64,000 bases of DNA from an uncultured Spirochaetaceae bacterium (GTDB lineage: Bacteria; Myxococcota_A; UBA9160; UBA4427), in NCBI GenBank assembly GCA_964565565.1, contig CAZMFM010000001.1:3883-67882 (forward strand), given 5' to 3'. The notes beneath the pieces were generated by a model. It made no database searches. It worked only from the letters and a program-made list of their open reading frames with translations, and had not been told where the DNA came from. The first letter of the stretch is position 1. Each line of letters starts with the position of its first letter. A program made the translations under genes and the position numbers. Positions 19,098 to 28,387 of the stretch are shown piece by piece.

Positions 19098-22000
19098 TTG
19101 GCCACAGGTCTCGACGCGCAACAAAAGATCTTCGCAGGCAATCCCGGAGACCGCCGGGCCTTTGAAGCCCTCGAAGAGCACTTCTTTCTGGACGGAGACT
19201 GGGCTGCGCTCGTCGAGGTCTACCGTGCCCGACTCGACGCACCGGACATTGCGGACGACGAATCGCAGCAAGCTCCCCTGCTTTTCCGCCTCGGCCAGAT
19301 CCTCGAGGAGAGAATCCTTGATACCGAGGCGGCCAGCGAGATCTATTGGACCCTGGCGCGACTCGATCCGACGAATCGTCCCGCGCTGCGACAGTTGCGA
19401 GGCATCCACGAGCGCGAAGAGAAATGGGATCTGGTGTTGCAGATCGCGGAGCTCGAGAGCGCCACCTCGATGCCCCCCTACGATCGCGCGTCCTTCGAAA
19501 CCGAATTGGGCAGTGTCTGGCGGCGACACCTCGCGGATGTCGACGAGGCGCGGAAAGCCTATGAAAGAGCCCTCGACGCGGACCCCGATTTCCCGGCGGC
19601 ACTCGAAGGACTGGCCGAACTCCATCAGGCCGGCGGCGACTACGCCTCGGCCGCCGAGGTCCTGACTCGCCTGACGGAACGCTTACGCGGTCCCGAGCGG
19701 GCGCCAGTCTGGATCGCCCTCGGAACGCTCTACGTCACCCAGCTGGGCGAACCAACGCTGGCCAGAAATTGCTTCAGCCAGGCCCTCGAAGACGATCCCT
19801 TTCAACCGCCCGCGGTCGAATGGTCATTGCTGTTGGCGACGACCGAAGAAGACTGGCCAGCGGTCTCGGAGTTGCTCGAGCGACGGTTCGACCTCGCCTC
19901 CGGCGCACGACATCGCGCGGCCATCGCCGTGGAAGCAAGTCAGATCCAACTCAATCACCTCCGCTCGAGCGCCGGTGCACGCGCCTGGACCGACCGAGCC
20001 CTCGAACTCTCGAGCGAAGAGGCTTCGGTCCTGCTGGCGGTGGCCGAGGTCGAACGCGCCGACGGTGACCGAGCCGCATTGCGCGATGTGCTCGTGCAAC
20101 TCATCTCACTTTCCGGCGATCTGGCACCACGGGCCTCACTGATCGAAGCGGCCGAGCTCCACGCGGAGTTCGGCGATTCAGAAGCGGCCCTCGAGGCCAT
20201 CGGGCGCGCCACCCGGAAGCGAGGCCCGAACGATGGCCGGGTGCTCACACTCCAGGCCAGCCTGCTGCGCGCTTCCGGCGCGAAAAACGAACTCGCCGAA
20301 GTCCTCGAGACGCTCACCGCCCTCGACGGCAGCGGTGAAGACCCGCTCCTGGCCAGCTATCTCGCCGAGCTCGCCGGCCTCCAGGAAGATGATCTCGGCG
20401 ACCCCGAGAGCGCCCACGCCAGTTGGCAACGCACCTTCGAACTCGATCCCTGTCATCGCGAAGCCGTTGTGGCCCTCGAGCGGATCCATCGTAAATCCGA
20501 CGATTGGACCGCCTTGAAATCGCTCCTCGAAACCGCGCTCGACGCGACGCAAGAGCCCGAGGGTTCAGAGGCGGCGACACGCTCTGCGAACCTCGGCATG
20601 CTGCTACTCGAGCACTTCGAAGATCCAGACGGCGCACGGTTGCGATTCGAAGCGGCCCTGGCCAACGTTGCCCATTGCAGGCCCGCCGAAATCGGCCTGC
20701 GGCGAGTCGCCGAACAAACCGGTGACTCCGAACTCCTGCTCGAAGTCTGCGAAAATGAAGCCGAGGGCTGCGGCGACTCAACCGAGATGGGCGAGTTGGC
20801 ACGTACGGCCATCTCGATTCTACGAGACACCGAACGCATCGAGGACGCCTTGGCCTGGACGATGCGCTGGAGCCAGGCGGACCCGGGTTCCCGCAATGCC
20901 TTCGCGCAACGTGCCGAATTCCAACAGCAGCTCGAGCAGGTGGACGCCGAGATCGAAACGCGGCGAAAACTCGCCAAGCTGCTCACGGGGCGCGAGTGCG
21001 CCGAATCCCTAAGCCGGCAGGCGGAGCTCCATCTCGTACAAGACGATGCCGAGGCCGCATGCCTGGCCCTGGAGCGGGCGCTCGAAGCGGAACCCGGCGA
21101 AACGAAGACCCTTCGCACGCTCGGCACCGTCTATCGAAGGCTGGACCGAGCGGAGGACCTCGTCAGAACCCTGCGCGGACTGATCGAAGTCATTCCGGCC
21201 GAGGAACGCGCGGGACCACTCGAGGAAATCGCTGCACGGCTGCAGGACCCGATTGGCGATCTCGACGCGGCCATCGTCGTTCGCTGGCAACTAGCAGATC
21301 TCGACTCGGCCCCGGACGATGCCACCGAAAAGCTCGAGGCCCTGCTCGAGATGAGTGGACGTTATGCCGAGCTGGCGCAACTGCTCGACACGAGGCGCCA
21401 ACAACTCGGTGACGAATCGGACCTGGCATTCGCCCTCGACATCCGACGCGGCAATATCTTTCTCGACTCGCTCGGCCAGAGCGAAAAGGCTGCAGAGATC
21501 TTCTCGGCCCTGCACGAACGCCATCCTCAGGACGAAGAGATCCTCGACCAACTCGAGCGGGCACTTCGGGTCGGTGACGATGCTCGCGGTCTGTGCGAGC
21601 TGATTGGGCGCCGGGCAAGTTGGGAATCGGATGCGTCGCGCAAGGGCGCGATGCATCTCGAATGTGCATCGCTGCTGGAAGAGGTCCTCGGCGAACCCCT
21701 TCGCGCAGCCGAACTCTACGAAGAAATCATGCGCGACTGTCCGAACGCAGAGGAGGCCGAAACCGCCTCGATCCGCCTTGAAATCCTGTTCGAATCGAAC
21801 GGACTCTGGGAGCGACTACGCGATCGCCTGATTTCGCGAGTAGACGGCCTGCCCGAAGACGAAGAAGCCACGCTTCGAGAACGAATCGCCGCCATCTGCC
21901 TCGACCGGCTCCACGACATCGCCGGATGCGCCAGCCAACTCGAAGTCATCGCCGGGGTCGTCAGCGACCGCGTTCACGTCTGGCAGAAGCTGGCCGAACT

Positions 22001-25000
22001 CTACGCAAACGAACTCGATCGACCGGCCGATTGGTTGCGTGTGACCGAAGCCGAGCTCGAAACCGAGCCCTCCGCCGAGCGGGAACTCACCCTGCGCGTC
22101 GCAGCAGCACGCCTGCTGCTCGACGATGACCGGCGCCCGCAGCAGCGAGATCCGAGCGAGGCCTATCCCCACTATGAGCGTGTGCTCGCCCTCCATCCGA
22201 CCCATCCGGAAGCGGCCGAAGTACTGGCGCTCCATTTCTCTTCGGAGGGTCGGCACGAGGACACGGTCCGAATCCTCGAGGAACGACTCCACGGACTTCG
22301 TGATTCAGGGGGATTCGAGGCCAACGATATCCGGCTACGCCTGGCCTCGATTCTCTCGAGCTCTCTCGACGATGATGCGCGCGCCCGAGAACATCTCGAA
22401 GCAGCCCGCGCGGAACTCGGTGCGGCCAGTTGCGTCGCTGAACCGCTCGCCGAGCTCTACGAAAGAGCCGATGCCTTCGAGGCACTCCGCGATCTCGCTC
22501 GTGCGTCGCTCGACGCCGAAGCCAACGAGGCCGAGAGCCTCTCATGGCGCATCCGTCTAGCTGCCAGCGAATATCGCTGCGGGGATCTCGAAGCGGCGGC
22601 CGCCGCCTATCGTGCGGCGCTACTCGCTTCACCCGGCGATCGCGAGATCGAAGCAGCGCTAATCGACCTCTACGACGAGATCGGCGAGATCGATCCGCTC
22701 ACGGATCTGCTCGAAAAACAACTCACCTATGCCCCCCTGGAAGAGGCCGTCGAGCTACGACTCCGCCTGGCAAAATTGAACGCCGAAGGCCGCAATAAGC
22801 CGCGCGAAGCCCTCGTGCATCTCGAGTGGGTGCTCGAATCCCAGCCCCAGCATCGGGATGCCTTCGACCAGGCACTTCGCGTCGCGGAGCAGATCGGGGA
22901 GCCCGAGCGAATTCTCTCCCTGCTCGACCGCGCTCTCGCAATTGCGCTTCCCTCGATTGAGCGATCCACCCTGCTCGAACGGCGCGCCTGCCTCCTGGCT
23001 GACTCCCTGGATCAACCCGAGCAAGCGGTCATGAGTCTCCGCGAAGCGCTGTCCCTCGATCGACGCAATCACACCGCACAAAGGACGCTACGAAAAGTAC
23101 TCGAAAAGCTGAACCGTTGGCCGGCCGTGCTCGATTGCCTGTTTGTCGAGGCCGCCGAAGCGAACGAAGAAGAGCGGATCGCACTACTCGAGCAAGCCGC
23201 GGAAATCGCCTGGTCCCGCGTCAATCCCGACGCCTCGCTGCCGTGGCTGACTCGCCTGCGCGCGCTTCGCCCAGAGGACCCGGAGCTGCTGGCCCGGATG
23301 GCCGAGGTCCATCGACGCGCCGGGCGCTTCGAAGCCGCGCTTCGCGCGTACGACGAAGAACTCGGATTGCACGAAAACGACGCGGAGAAATACGAACTCC
23401 ATTTGCGGCGCGCCCGCTTGATGGAACGCGAACTCCATGCGCCGGGCCGAGCAATTTTCGCCTATCTCCAAGCGGCAGAAGTCGCGGACGACGACGGCGA
23501 GACCCTGATCGAGCTCGACCGTCTCTACGACACGATGGGTCGCCCCTTCGAACGCGCGAGCATCCTCGAATCCCGCGTCGCCCGACAAGATTCGTCCGAC
23601 GGCATCGCGTTGCGCCAGACACTCGCCAGCCTCTACTGCGTCGATCTGGCAAAACCGGAACTTGCCCTGCCCCATCTCGAAGCCAATGTCGCGGCGACTC
23701 GCGGCGATGCCCGCGAGGAATTGCATCATCTCGGCGCGCTCGACGCCGCATTGCGAGCAAGTAGTCGACATGACGCCTGGGCGCGCGTGGCCGCACGCGA
23801 ACTCGAACTGATCGATTCAGATGACGACATTCGCGAGAGCACGCCAAGCGACTATCGCTCCTTTCTAAGAGAAGAACTCGCCCACGCCTACGACCGTCAT
23901 CTGGGCACCCCGGACCTGGCCATCGAAGAACTCCAGAAGCTCGACGCCGAGGCTGGCGAGGCCAGCCCGCGCGTTCGCGCAGAGCTTCGTTCGCTCTACC
24001 GGAGAACGGGTCGCTTCGTCGAACTGGAGGCCAGTCTCTCAAAACACCTGGAGTCGAGTTCGGGCGCAGCGGATGAATGGCTCGAAGTCGCGAGAATTCG
24101 TGAGGAGAAGCTCGTCAATCTCCCCGGCGCTCTCGTGGCCTATCGCTCGGCGGAAGCCAATCAAGTCGATGCAGAGGAGAAGCTTCAGTCGATCCGTGGA
24201 CAACGCCGGTGCTGCGAGCGCCTTCTCGACTGGTCCGGGTTTGCGGACGCTCTCGAAGCTGAATACGGACTCCAATCAGCCATCGATCGACGGGAGCGCG
24301 TGACGATCGCACGGCTTCTGGGCGATGTCTGCTGGCAACGACTGGGATCGGGAAGCCGGGCCGCCGACGGCTATCGACTGGCCCTCGACCTCGACCCCAA
24401 CGACGTCGAAACCATTCGCGCACTGACCCTCGTCAGCGAAGCCTGCACAGACCCGGCCGAGGTCATCGCCCTCTATCGCCGTGAACTGGGCTTGCTAGGC
24501 GATGAACCTTCGGAACGTCGACGTCGGGCCGCAATCTGGCTGAAGCTTGCCACGCTCTACGGTGACACTTCCGAGTCGCCTCGCGAGTCAATCGACGCCT
24601 ACCTCGAAGCCGGAAAAATCGAGCGGCTCTCGGCGTCCGATGAATTACGCCTAGCGAGACTCCATGAAGACGCCGGCGACGTCGAAGACTTCTGTGAAGT
24701 CTTCGGGCGCTGGTGTGATCGAGAAGATTCAGGAGCGGAGGTCCGGGACCACCTCGAGCTCGCGCGGCGAAACCAGATTCGAAACGATTCCGGAGCAGCC
24801 CTGCTACGCGCGGAACGCGCCACCGCGATCGCACCGGAAAGCTCAGACGCCTGGAGCCTGCTCGCTGAACTCAAACGCGAACAAGATCGACTCGAAGAAG
24901 CGGCCGACGCCTTCGAACGCGCCGCCGATCATGCGGCGGCGAATGACGCGGCCCAATTCCTGACCGATGCCGCCGATTGCATCAAGGATCACGACCTCAC

Positions 25001-27002
25001 GCGCGCCCACTCGCTGTTGGGCCAGGCCATCGAGCTCGATCCCGGCGCGATCGAACCACACATTGCAGCGACGAGCGTGTCCAGCCAACTCGGCGAACAC
25101 GAAGAAACCCAACGAGAAGCAGAAACAGCCCTGCAGCTCGCAGAATCTGAATCGATCACGAGTGACATCCGGTTGGAGATCTCCGTGCTAGGCGGACGCG
25201 CCGCCCGTGAACTCGACGATCGCGACGCCAGCCGACGGCTCTTCGAAGTTGCACTCGAAATCGATGCCGACCAGATCGAGGCACTCGAAGGCGTTGCCGA
25301 GGCTCATTTCGCCGACGGTGACTTCCCCGCCATTCGCCCACTCCTCGAACATCGCCTGGAATTGGCCGGCGAGAACCCGCACCGCGGTCGACACCATGCC
25401 ATGATCGCGCGAGGGCTCGAAGTCGAAGATTTGATCGACGCAGCCTGGTCCCGATACGAAGAAGCAATCGAACTCGATGACTCCCTTGACGAGGCCCACG
25501 AAGGCCTGGTTCGAATCCATGAGCGAGCCGGTCGGCTCGATGAGGCCGTGGATGCCCTCGAGCGCTGGGCGAGGACTTCGAGTGATTCGCAGAGAAAGGC
25601 CATCGCCTCTTTACGAGCCGCCGAACACGCCCTCGCATCCGAGGACGCCGAGCGCGCCGAACGAAGCCTGAACCGCGCAACGAAAGCCGATCCACAGCTG
25701 GCCCCGGCCTGGCTTCTGCTCTGCCAACTGGTGGCCGATCGCGGCGAGGATCGTGAGACTCGACGCCTGTGCCGTGACGCGCTCGAAGCGATCGAGCCGG
25801 GTTCAGTCTCGGCGCAGATCTCGCTTCGTGCGGCGCGACTCGCCGAGGTCGCTGGTGACAACACGGAAGCGATCGAGCGGTACGGTGAAGCGACGCGATG
25901 GGATCAGCGCTGCAGCGAAGCATCCCTTTGTCAGTCTCGACTGATTCGCATGAGCGGAGATTGGGTCGAAGCGGACGCGGTCCTTTCACGATTCATCGAC
26001 GATCATCCCGACCCCGAGAGCCCGACCCTGGCGCAGGTCCACCTTGAGCGCGGCCGACTCCTGGCCGGCCCCCTCGAGGATGTCGAACCGGCAATCGAGG
26101 CCTACCGTCGAGCCCTCTCGCTACAACCGGATCTGCGCGTCGCAACGACGGCCCTGGCCGGCCTGCTGATGCACTCGAACGATCGCTGGCGTGACGCCCT
26201 CGCGTTGCATCGCGAAATTCTCGAGAGCTCACCAACTACCGCCGGATCGCTCCGAGCACTCGCTCAGATCGCAAGGCAACGAGGCCAGACGGATACAGAA
26301 GAAGGAGCGCTGACCGTTCTTCATGCGTTAGGCCTGGCTTCGCCCCAGGAATCCGACACCCCGTCCAACCGACTTCGCCTCTCGATCCATCCGGGGCCAC
26401 CGATGAGCGACCCGGAAGCCGAACGGCTGCGACGAATCGCGCATCAGCTCAGGGAAGAACTCGACGAAGCCCTGAACGACAAGGGACGCCCGCTTCCGAT
26501 CTGTCGTGACGACAGCATCTCCGAGGCGATTCAACAAATCACTGCGATCGAAAGCGAGCTCTCCGCGCCTCGAATTGCCCGACTCGAATTCGATGATCGC
26601 AAGGACCTCTTCACCGAGATCGCCGCGCTCTTCCTCGATCCGGGCGGAAACGGAGGGAGCTCACGCTACCGGGACGACCTCGATCGCTCGATCGGCCGGT
26701 GGACGCGACGAAAGGTCCGACGCATCGTCGAGGAAACCAGCCTGGCTGAGATCGAAGCATTCGATCACCAGGCCTGGGGAGACGATCTGCTCGCGATCGC
26801 GGCGGCCCAGGCCATCGATCGAAATGGTGGCGAACTCCAAACCATCCTGCAGGCACTGCTTGTCCTCGATGACGACGAACAATCCCCAAGTCCAGCCGAG
26901 GGCTCGGAAATCGGAACTCGTGCTTCGGCGTCGGAGCCAGCCAGACGGCTGCTCATTCGAATCACCACGATGCTCTGTGAACGATTGGAACACGCCGGCT
27001 AG
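19098..27002 (+). CDS. Giant (2,634 aa) tetratricopeptide-repeat protein with a non-TPR C-terminal region of about 330 aa
   Basis: One uninterrupted 7.9-kb ORF starting at TTG 19098, with GAGAGG upstream. TPR-like helical-hairpin text recurs over more than 2,200 aa, for example A..Y.RAL..DP....AL..LA.L. I saw no catalytic or nucleotide-binding motif. All antisense ORFs within it are Arg/Pro-rich shadows. Confidence 0.85.
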   Translation: MATGLDAQQKIFAGNPGDRRAFEALEEHFFLDGDWAALVEVYRARLDAPDIADDESQQAPLLFRLGQILEERILDTEAASEIYWTLARLDPTNRPALRQLRGIHEREEKWDLVLQIAELESATSMPPYDRASFETELGSVWRRHLADVDEARKAYERALDADPDFPAALEGLAELHQAGGDYASAAEVLTRLTERLRGPERAPVWIALGTLYVTQLGEPTLARNCFSQALEDDPFQPPAVEWSLLLATTEEDWPAVSELLERRFDLASGARHRAAIAVEASQIQLNHLRSSAGARAWTDRALELSSEEASVLLAVAEVERADGDRAALRDVLVQLISLSGDLAPRASLIEAAELHAEFGDSEAALEAIGRATRKRGPNDGRVLTLQASLLRASGAKNELAEVLETLTALDGSGEDPLLASYLAELAGLQEDDLGDPESAHASWQRTFELDPCHREAVVALERIHRKSDDWTALKSLLETALDATQEPEGSEAATRSANLGMLLLEHFEDPDGARLRFEAALANVAHCRPAEIGLRRVAEQTGDSELLLEVCENEAEGCGDSTEMGELARTAISILRDTERIEDALAWTMRWSQADPGSRNAFAQRAEFQQQLEQVDAEIETRRKLAKLLTGRECAESLSRQAELHLVQDDAEAACLALERALEAEPGETKTLRTLGTVYRRLDRAEDLVRTLRGLIEVIPAEERAGPLEEIAARLQDPIGDLDAAIVVRWQLADLDSAPDDATEKLEALLEMSGRYAELAQLLDTRRQQLGDESDLAFALDIRRGNIFLDSLGQSEKAAEIFSALHERHPQDEEILDQLERALRVGDDARGLCELIGRRASWESDASRKGAMHLECASLLEEVLGEPLRAAELYEEIMRDCPNAEEAETASIRLEILFESNGLWERLRDRLISRVDGLPEDEEATLRERIAAICLDRLHDIAGCASQLEVIAGVVSDRVHVWQKLAELYANELDRPADWLRVTEAELETEPSAERELTLRVAAARLLLDDDRRPQQRDPSEAYPHYERVLALHPTHPEAAEVLALHFSSEGRHEDTVRILEERLHGLRDSGGFEANDIRLRLASILSSSLDDDARAREHLEAARAELGAASCVAEPLAELYERADAFEALRDLARASLDAEANEAESLSWRIRLAASEYRCGDLEAAAAAYRAALLASPGDREIEAALIDLYDEIGEIDPLTDLLEKQLTYAPLEEAVELRLRLAKLNAEGRNKPREALVHLEWVLESQPQHRDAFDQALRVAEQIGEPERILSLLDRALAIALPSIERSTLLERRACLLADSLDQPEQAVMSLREALSLDRRNHTAQRTLRKVLEKLNRWPAVLDCLFVEAAEANEEERIALLEQAAEIAWSRVNPDASLPWLTRLRALRPEDPELLARMAEVHRRAGRFEAALRAYDEELGLHENDAEKYELHLRRARLMERELHAPGRAIFAYLQAAEVADDDGETLIELDRLYDTMGRPFERASILESRVARQDSSDGIALRQTLASLYCVDLAKPELALPHLEANVAATRGDAREELHHLGALDAALRASSRHDAWARVAARELELIDSDDDIRESTPSDYRSFLREELAHAYDRHLGTPDLAIEELQKLDAEAGEASPRVRAELRSLYRRTGRFVELEASLSKHLESSSGAADEWLEVARIREEKLVNLPGALVAYRSAEANQVDAEEKLQSIRGQRRCCERLLDWSGFADALEAEYGLQSAIDRRERVTIARLLGDVCWQRLGSGSRAADGYRLALDLDPNDVETIRALTLVSEACTDPAEVIALYRRELGLLGDEPSERRRRAAIWLKLATLYGDTSESPRESIDAYLEAGKIERLSASDELRLARLHEDAGDVEDFCEVFGRWCDREDSGAEVRDHLELARRNQIRNDSGAALLRAERATAIAPESSDAWSLLAELKREQDRLEEAADAFERAADHAAANDAAQFLTDAADCIKDHDLTRAHSLLGQAIELDPGAIEPHIAATSVSSQLGEHEETQREAETALQLAESESITSDIRLEISVLGGRAARELDDRDASRRLFEVALEIDADQIEALEGVAEAHFADGDFPAIRPLLEHRLELAGENPHRGRHHAMIARGLEVEDLIDAAWSRYEEAIELDDSLDEAHEGLVRIHERAGRLDEAVDALERWARTSSDSQRKAIASLRAAEHALASEDAERAERSLNRATKADPQLAPAWLLLCQLVADRGEDRETRRLCRDALEAIEPGSVSAQISLRAARLAEVAGDNTEAIERYGEATRWDQRCSEASLCQSRLIRMSGDWVEADAVLSRFIDDHPDPESPTLAQVHLERGRLLAGPLEDVEPAIEAYRRALSLQPDLRVATTALAGLLMHSNDRWRDALALHREILESSPTTAGSLRALAQIARQRGQTDTEEGALTVLHALGLASPQESDTPSNRLRLSIHPGPPMSDPEAERLRRIAHQLREELDEALNDKGRPLPICRDDSISEAIQQITAIESELSAPRIARLEFDDRKDLFTEIAALFLDPGGNGGSSRYRDDLDRSIGRWTRRKVRRIVEETSLAEIEAFDHQAWGDDLLAIAAAQAIDRNGGELQTILQALLVLDDDEQSPSPAEGSEIGTRASASEPARRLLIRITTMLCERLEHAG

Positions 27003-27031
27003 TCCGCGCGCACCCACGAGGCAATCAGCAC

Positions 27032-27382
27032 ATGTCGCAAAGAACGCCGAAAAACACGCGCAAACACCGCCGCATGACGGTTCGAATCCTCGTCGACTAT
27101 CAAGCGTGTGCCGGGATTCACTGCGACTACGCAACGACCCTGGGCGCCGGCGGGATGTTCCTCGAAACCGATCTCGACCTGACTCGGGGCGACGAAATCA
27201 AGGTCCGATTCCGCATTCCCGGCGGTGAAGTCTTGCACGAATTCGCAGCGCGAGTCACCTGGCATCACGCCGCCAATGCAGAATCGGGTGGCAAGCTCCA
27301 TACGCCCGGCGTCGGGCTACAATTCAGCGACCCAACGCTTACGGCGACGTTGGCTCGTGAACTCGAGGATTTCGCCGGGTAG
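27032..27382 (+). CDS. Stand-alone PilZ-domain protein (TIGR02266-like)
   Basis: 116 aa. RKHRRMTVRILVDY..YATTLGAGGMFLETD..EIKVRFRIPG..ARVTWHH..PGVGLQFSD. Begins 29 nt after the giant TPR stop. Confidence 0.8.
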   Translation: MSQRTPKNTRKHRRMTVRILVDYQACAGIHCDYATTLGAGGMFLETDLDLTRGDEIKVRFRIPGGEVLHEFAARVTWHHAANAESGGKLHTPGVGLQFSDPTLTATLARELEDFAG

Positions 27383-28310
27383 CCGACTGCCCGCGAGCGC
27401 TCCTGAGGGCCTCCACCATTTGGTGATGGAGGCGATGCCCTCCCCTCACGACCTGAATATGGACGTTTGGGCGGGCACCTAGCAAGGCGAGATCGCCAAT
27501 CAGGTCGACGATCTTGTGGCGAACGAATTCATCCGGCCAAAGCAGGCCGCCTTCGTTGAGAACCCCATCGTCGCCCAGGACCAGTGTATTTTCGATTCGC
27601 CCCCCGAGTGCGAGCCCGGCACGATGCAAGGCTTCGACTTCGTGAACGAAACCGAAAGTTCTCGCTGGCGCGAGGTCCCGTTCGAAGACCTTCTCATCGA
27701 GGCTCGTCAACTCGAACGATTGACGACCGATGCAGGGATGATCGAAATCGATCGCGTAGGAGATGCGTAGTTCCTCCGCCGGATCGATGCGGATCGAACG
27801 ATCACCCTCGCTGATTTCGATCGGCCGATCGATCGAAAACTCATCGCGCATTCCAGCCTGCGTCGTGCGGCCCGCCTTGCGTAGACACTCGACAAAGGGA
27901 GCGGCGCTTCCGTCCATGGCCGGAATCTCGGATCCAGCCACTTCGATCCGAAGGTTGTCGATTTCGAAGGCAAAAATCGCGGCGAGCAGATGTTCGACGG
28001 TCGCCACCCGGCGCGTGGCACCCGACCCGGAGTCGAAGTCGTCAGCGTCCCCGTCCCCGCCGATGGCGGGAGCACCCGAAATGCGAGCCAGCGTAGTCGC
28101 GCGGGAAGACGAATGGATGGCGTCGACGCAAGCCGGGATTTCGACATCGGCGCCCGCGTCCACCGAGCCATTCCCGCTCCGGCCCAGGGCAACGAAGACG
28201 ATTCCGGATCCCGGATCGGCCGGACAGAGTGCGATTTCGACCTCTTCACCGCTATGCAACCCGATTCCTCGGCAGCGGATCTTGCGTGCGATGGTCGATT
28301 GTTGGGCCAT
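27339..28310 (-). CDS. lpxC: UDP-3-O-acyl-N-acetylglucosamine deacetylase
   Basis: QSTIARKIRCRGIGLHSGEEV.., TVEHLLAA and HKIVDLIGDLALLG..GGHRLHHQ. ATG 28310 is preferred; the alternative is ATG 28346. The 3' end overlaps the PilZ 3' end by 44 bp. Confidence 0.92.
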   Translation of the reverse strand: MAQQSTIARKIRCRGIGLHSGEEVEIALCPADPGSGIVFVALGRSGNGSVDAGADVEIPACVDAIHSSSRATTLARISGAPAIGGDGDADDFDSGSGATRRVATVEHLLAAIFAFEIDNLRIEVAGSEIPAMDGSAAPFVECLRKAGRTTQAGMRDEFSIDRPIEISEGDRSIRIDPAEELRISYAIDFDHPCIGRQSFELTSLDEKVFERDLAPARTFGFVHEVEALHRAGLALGGRIENTLVLGDDGVLNEGGLLWPDEFVRHKIVDLIGDLALLGARPNVHIQVVRGGHRLHHQMVEALRSARGQSATRRNPRVHEPTSP

Positions 28311-28387
28311 GTTCGACAGCGTAGCGTGCGGACCCAGCGTGGACATGATGAGCGTCGTCCGGGGGGCGGTGGAATGAGGAATCGAGA

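Noticed and set aside
19162-26889. Dozens of 60-280-aa ORFs on both strands inside the giant TPR gene (for example 23221..24042 -, 25156..25989 -, 20453..21127 -)
   Set aside because: All are Arg/Pro/Gly/Ser-rich, lack motifs, and overlap one continuous 7.9-kb frame with coherent TPR periodicity.
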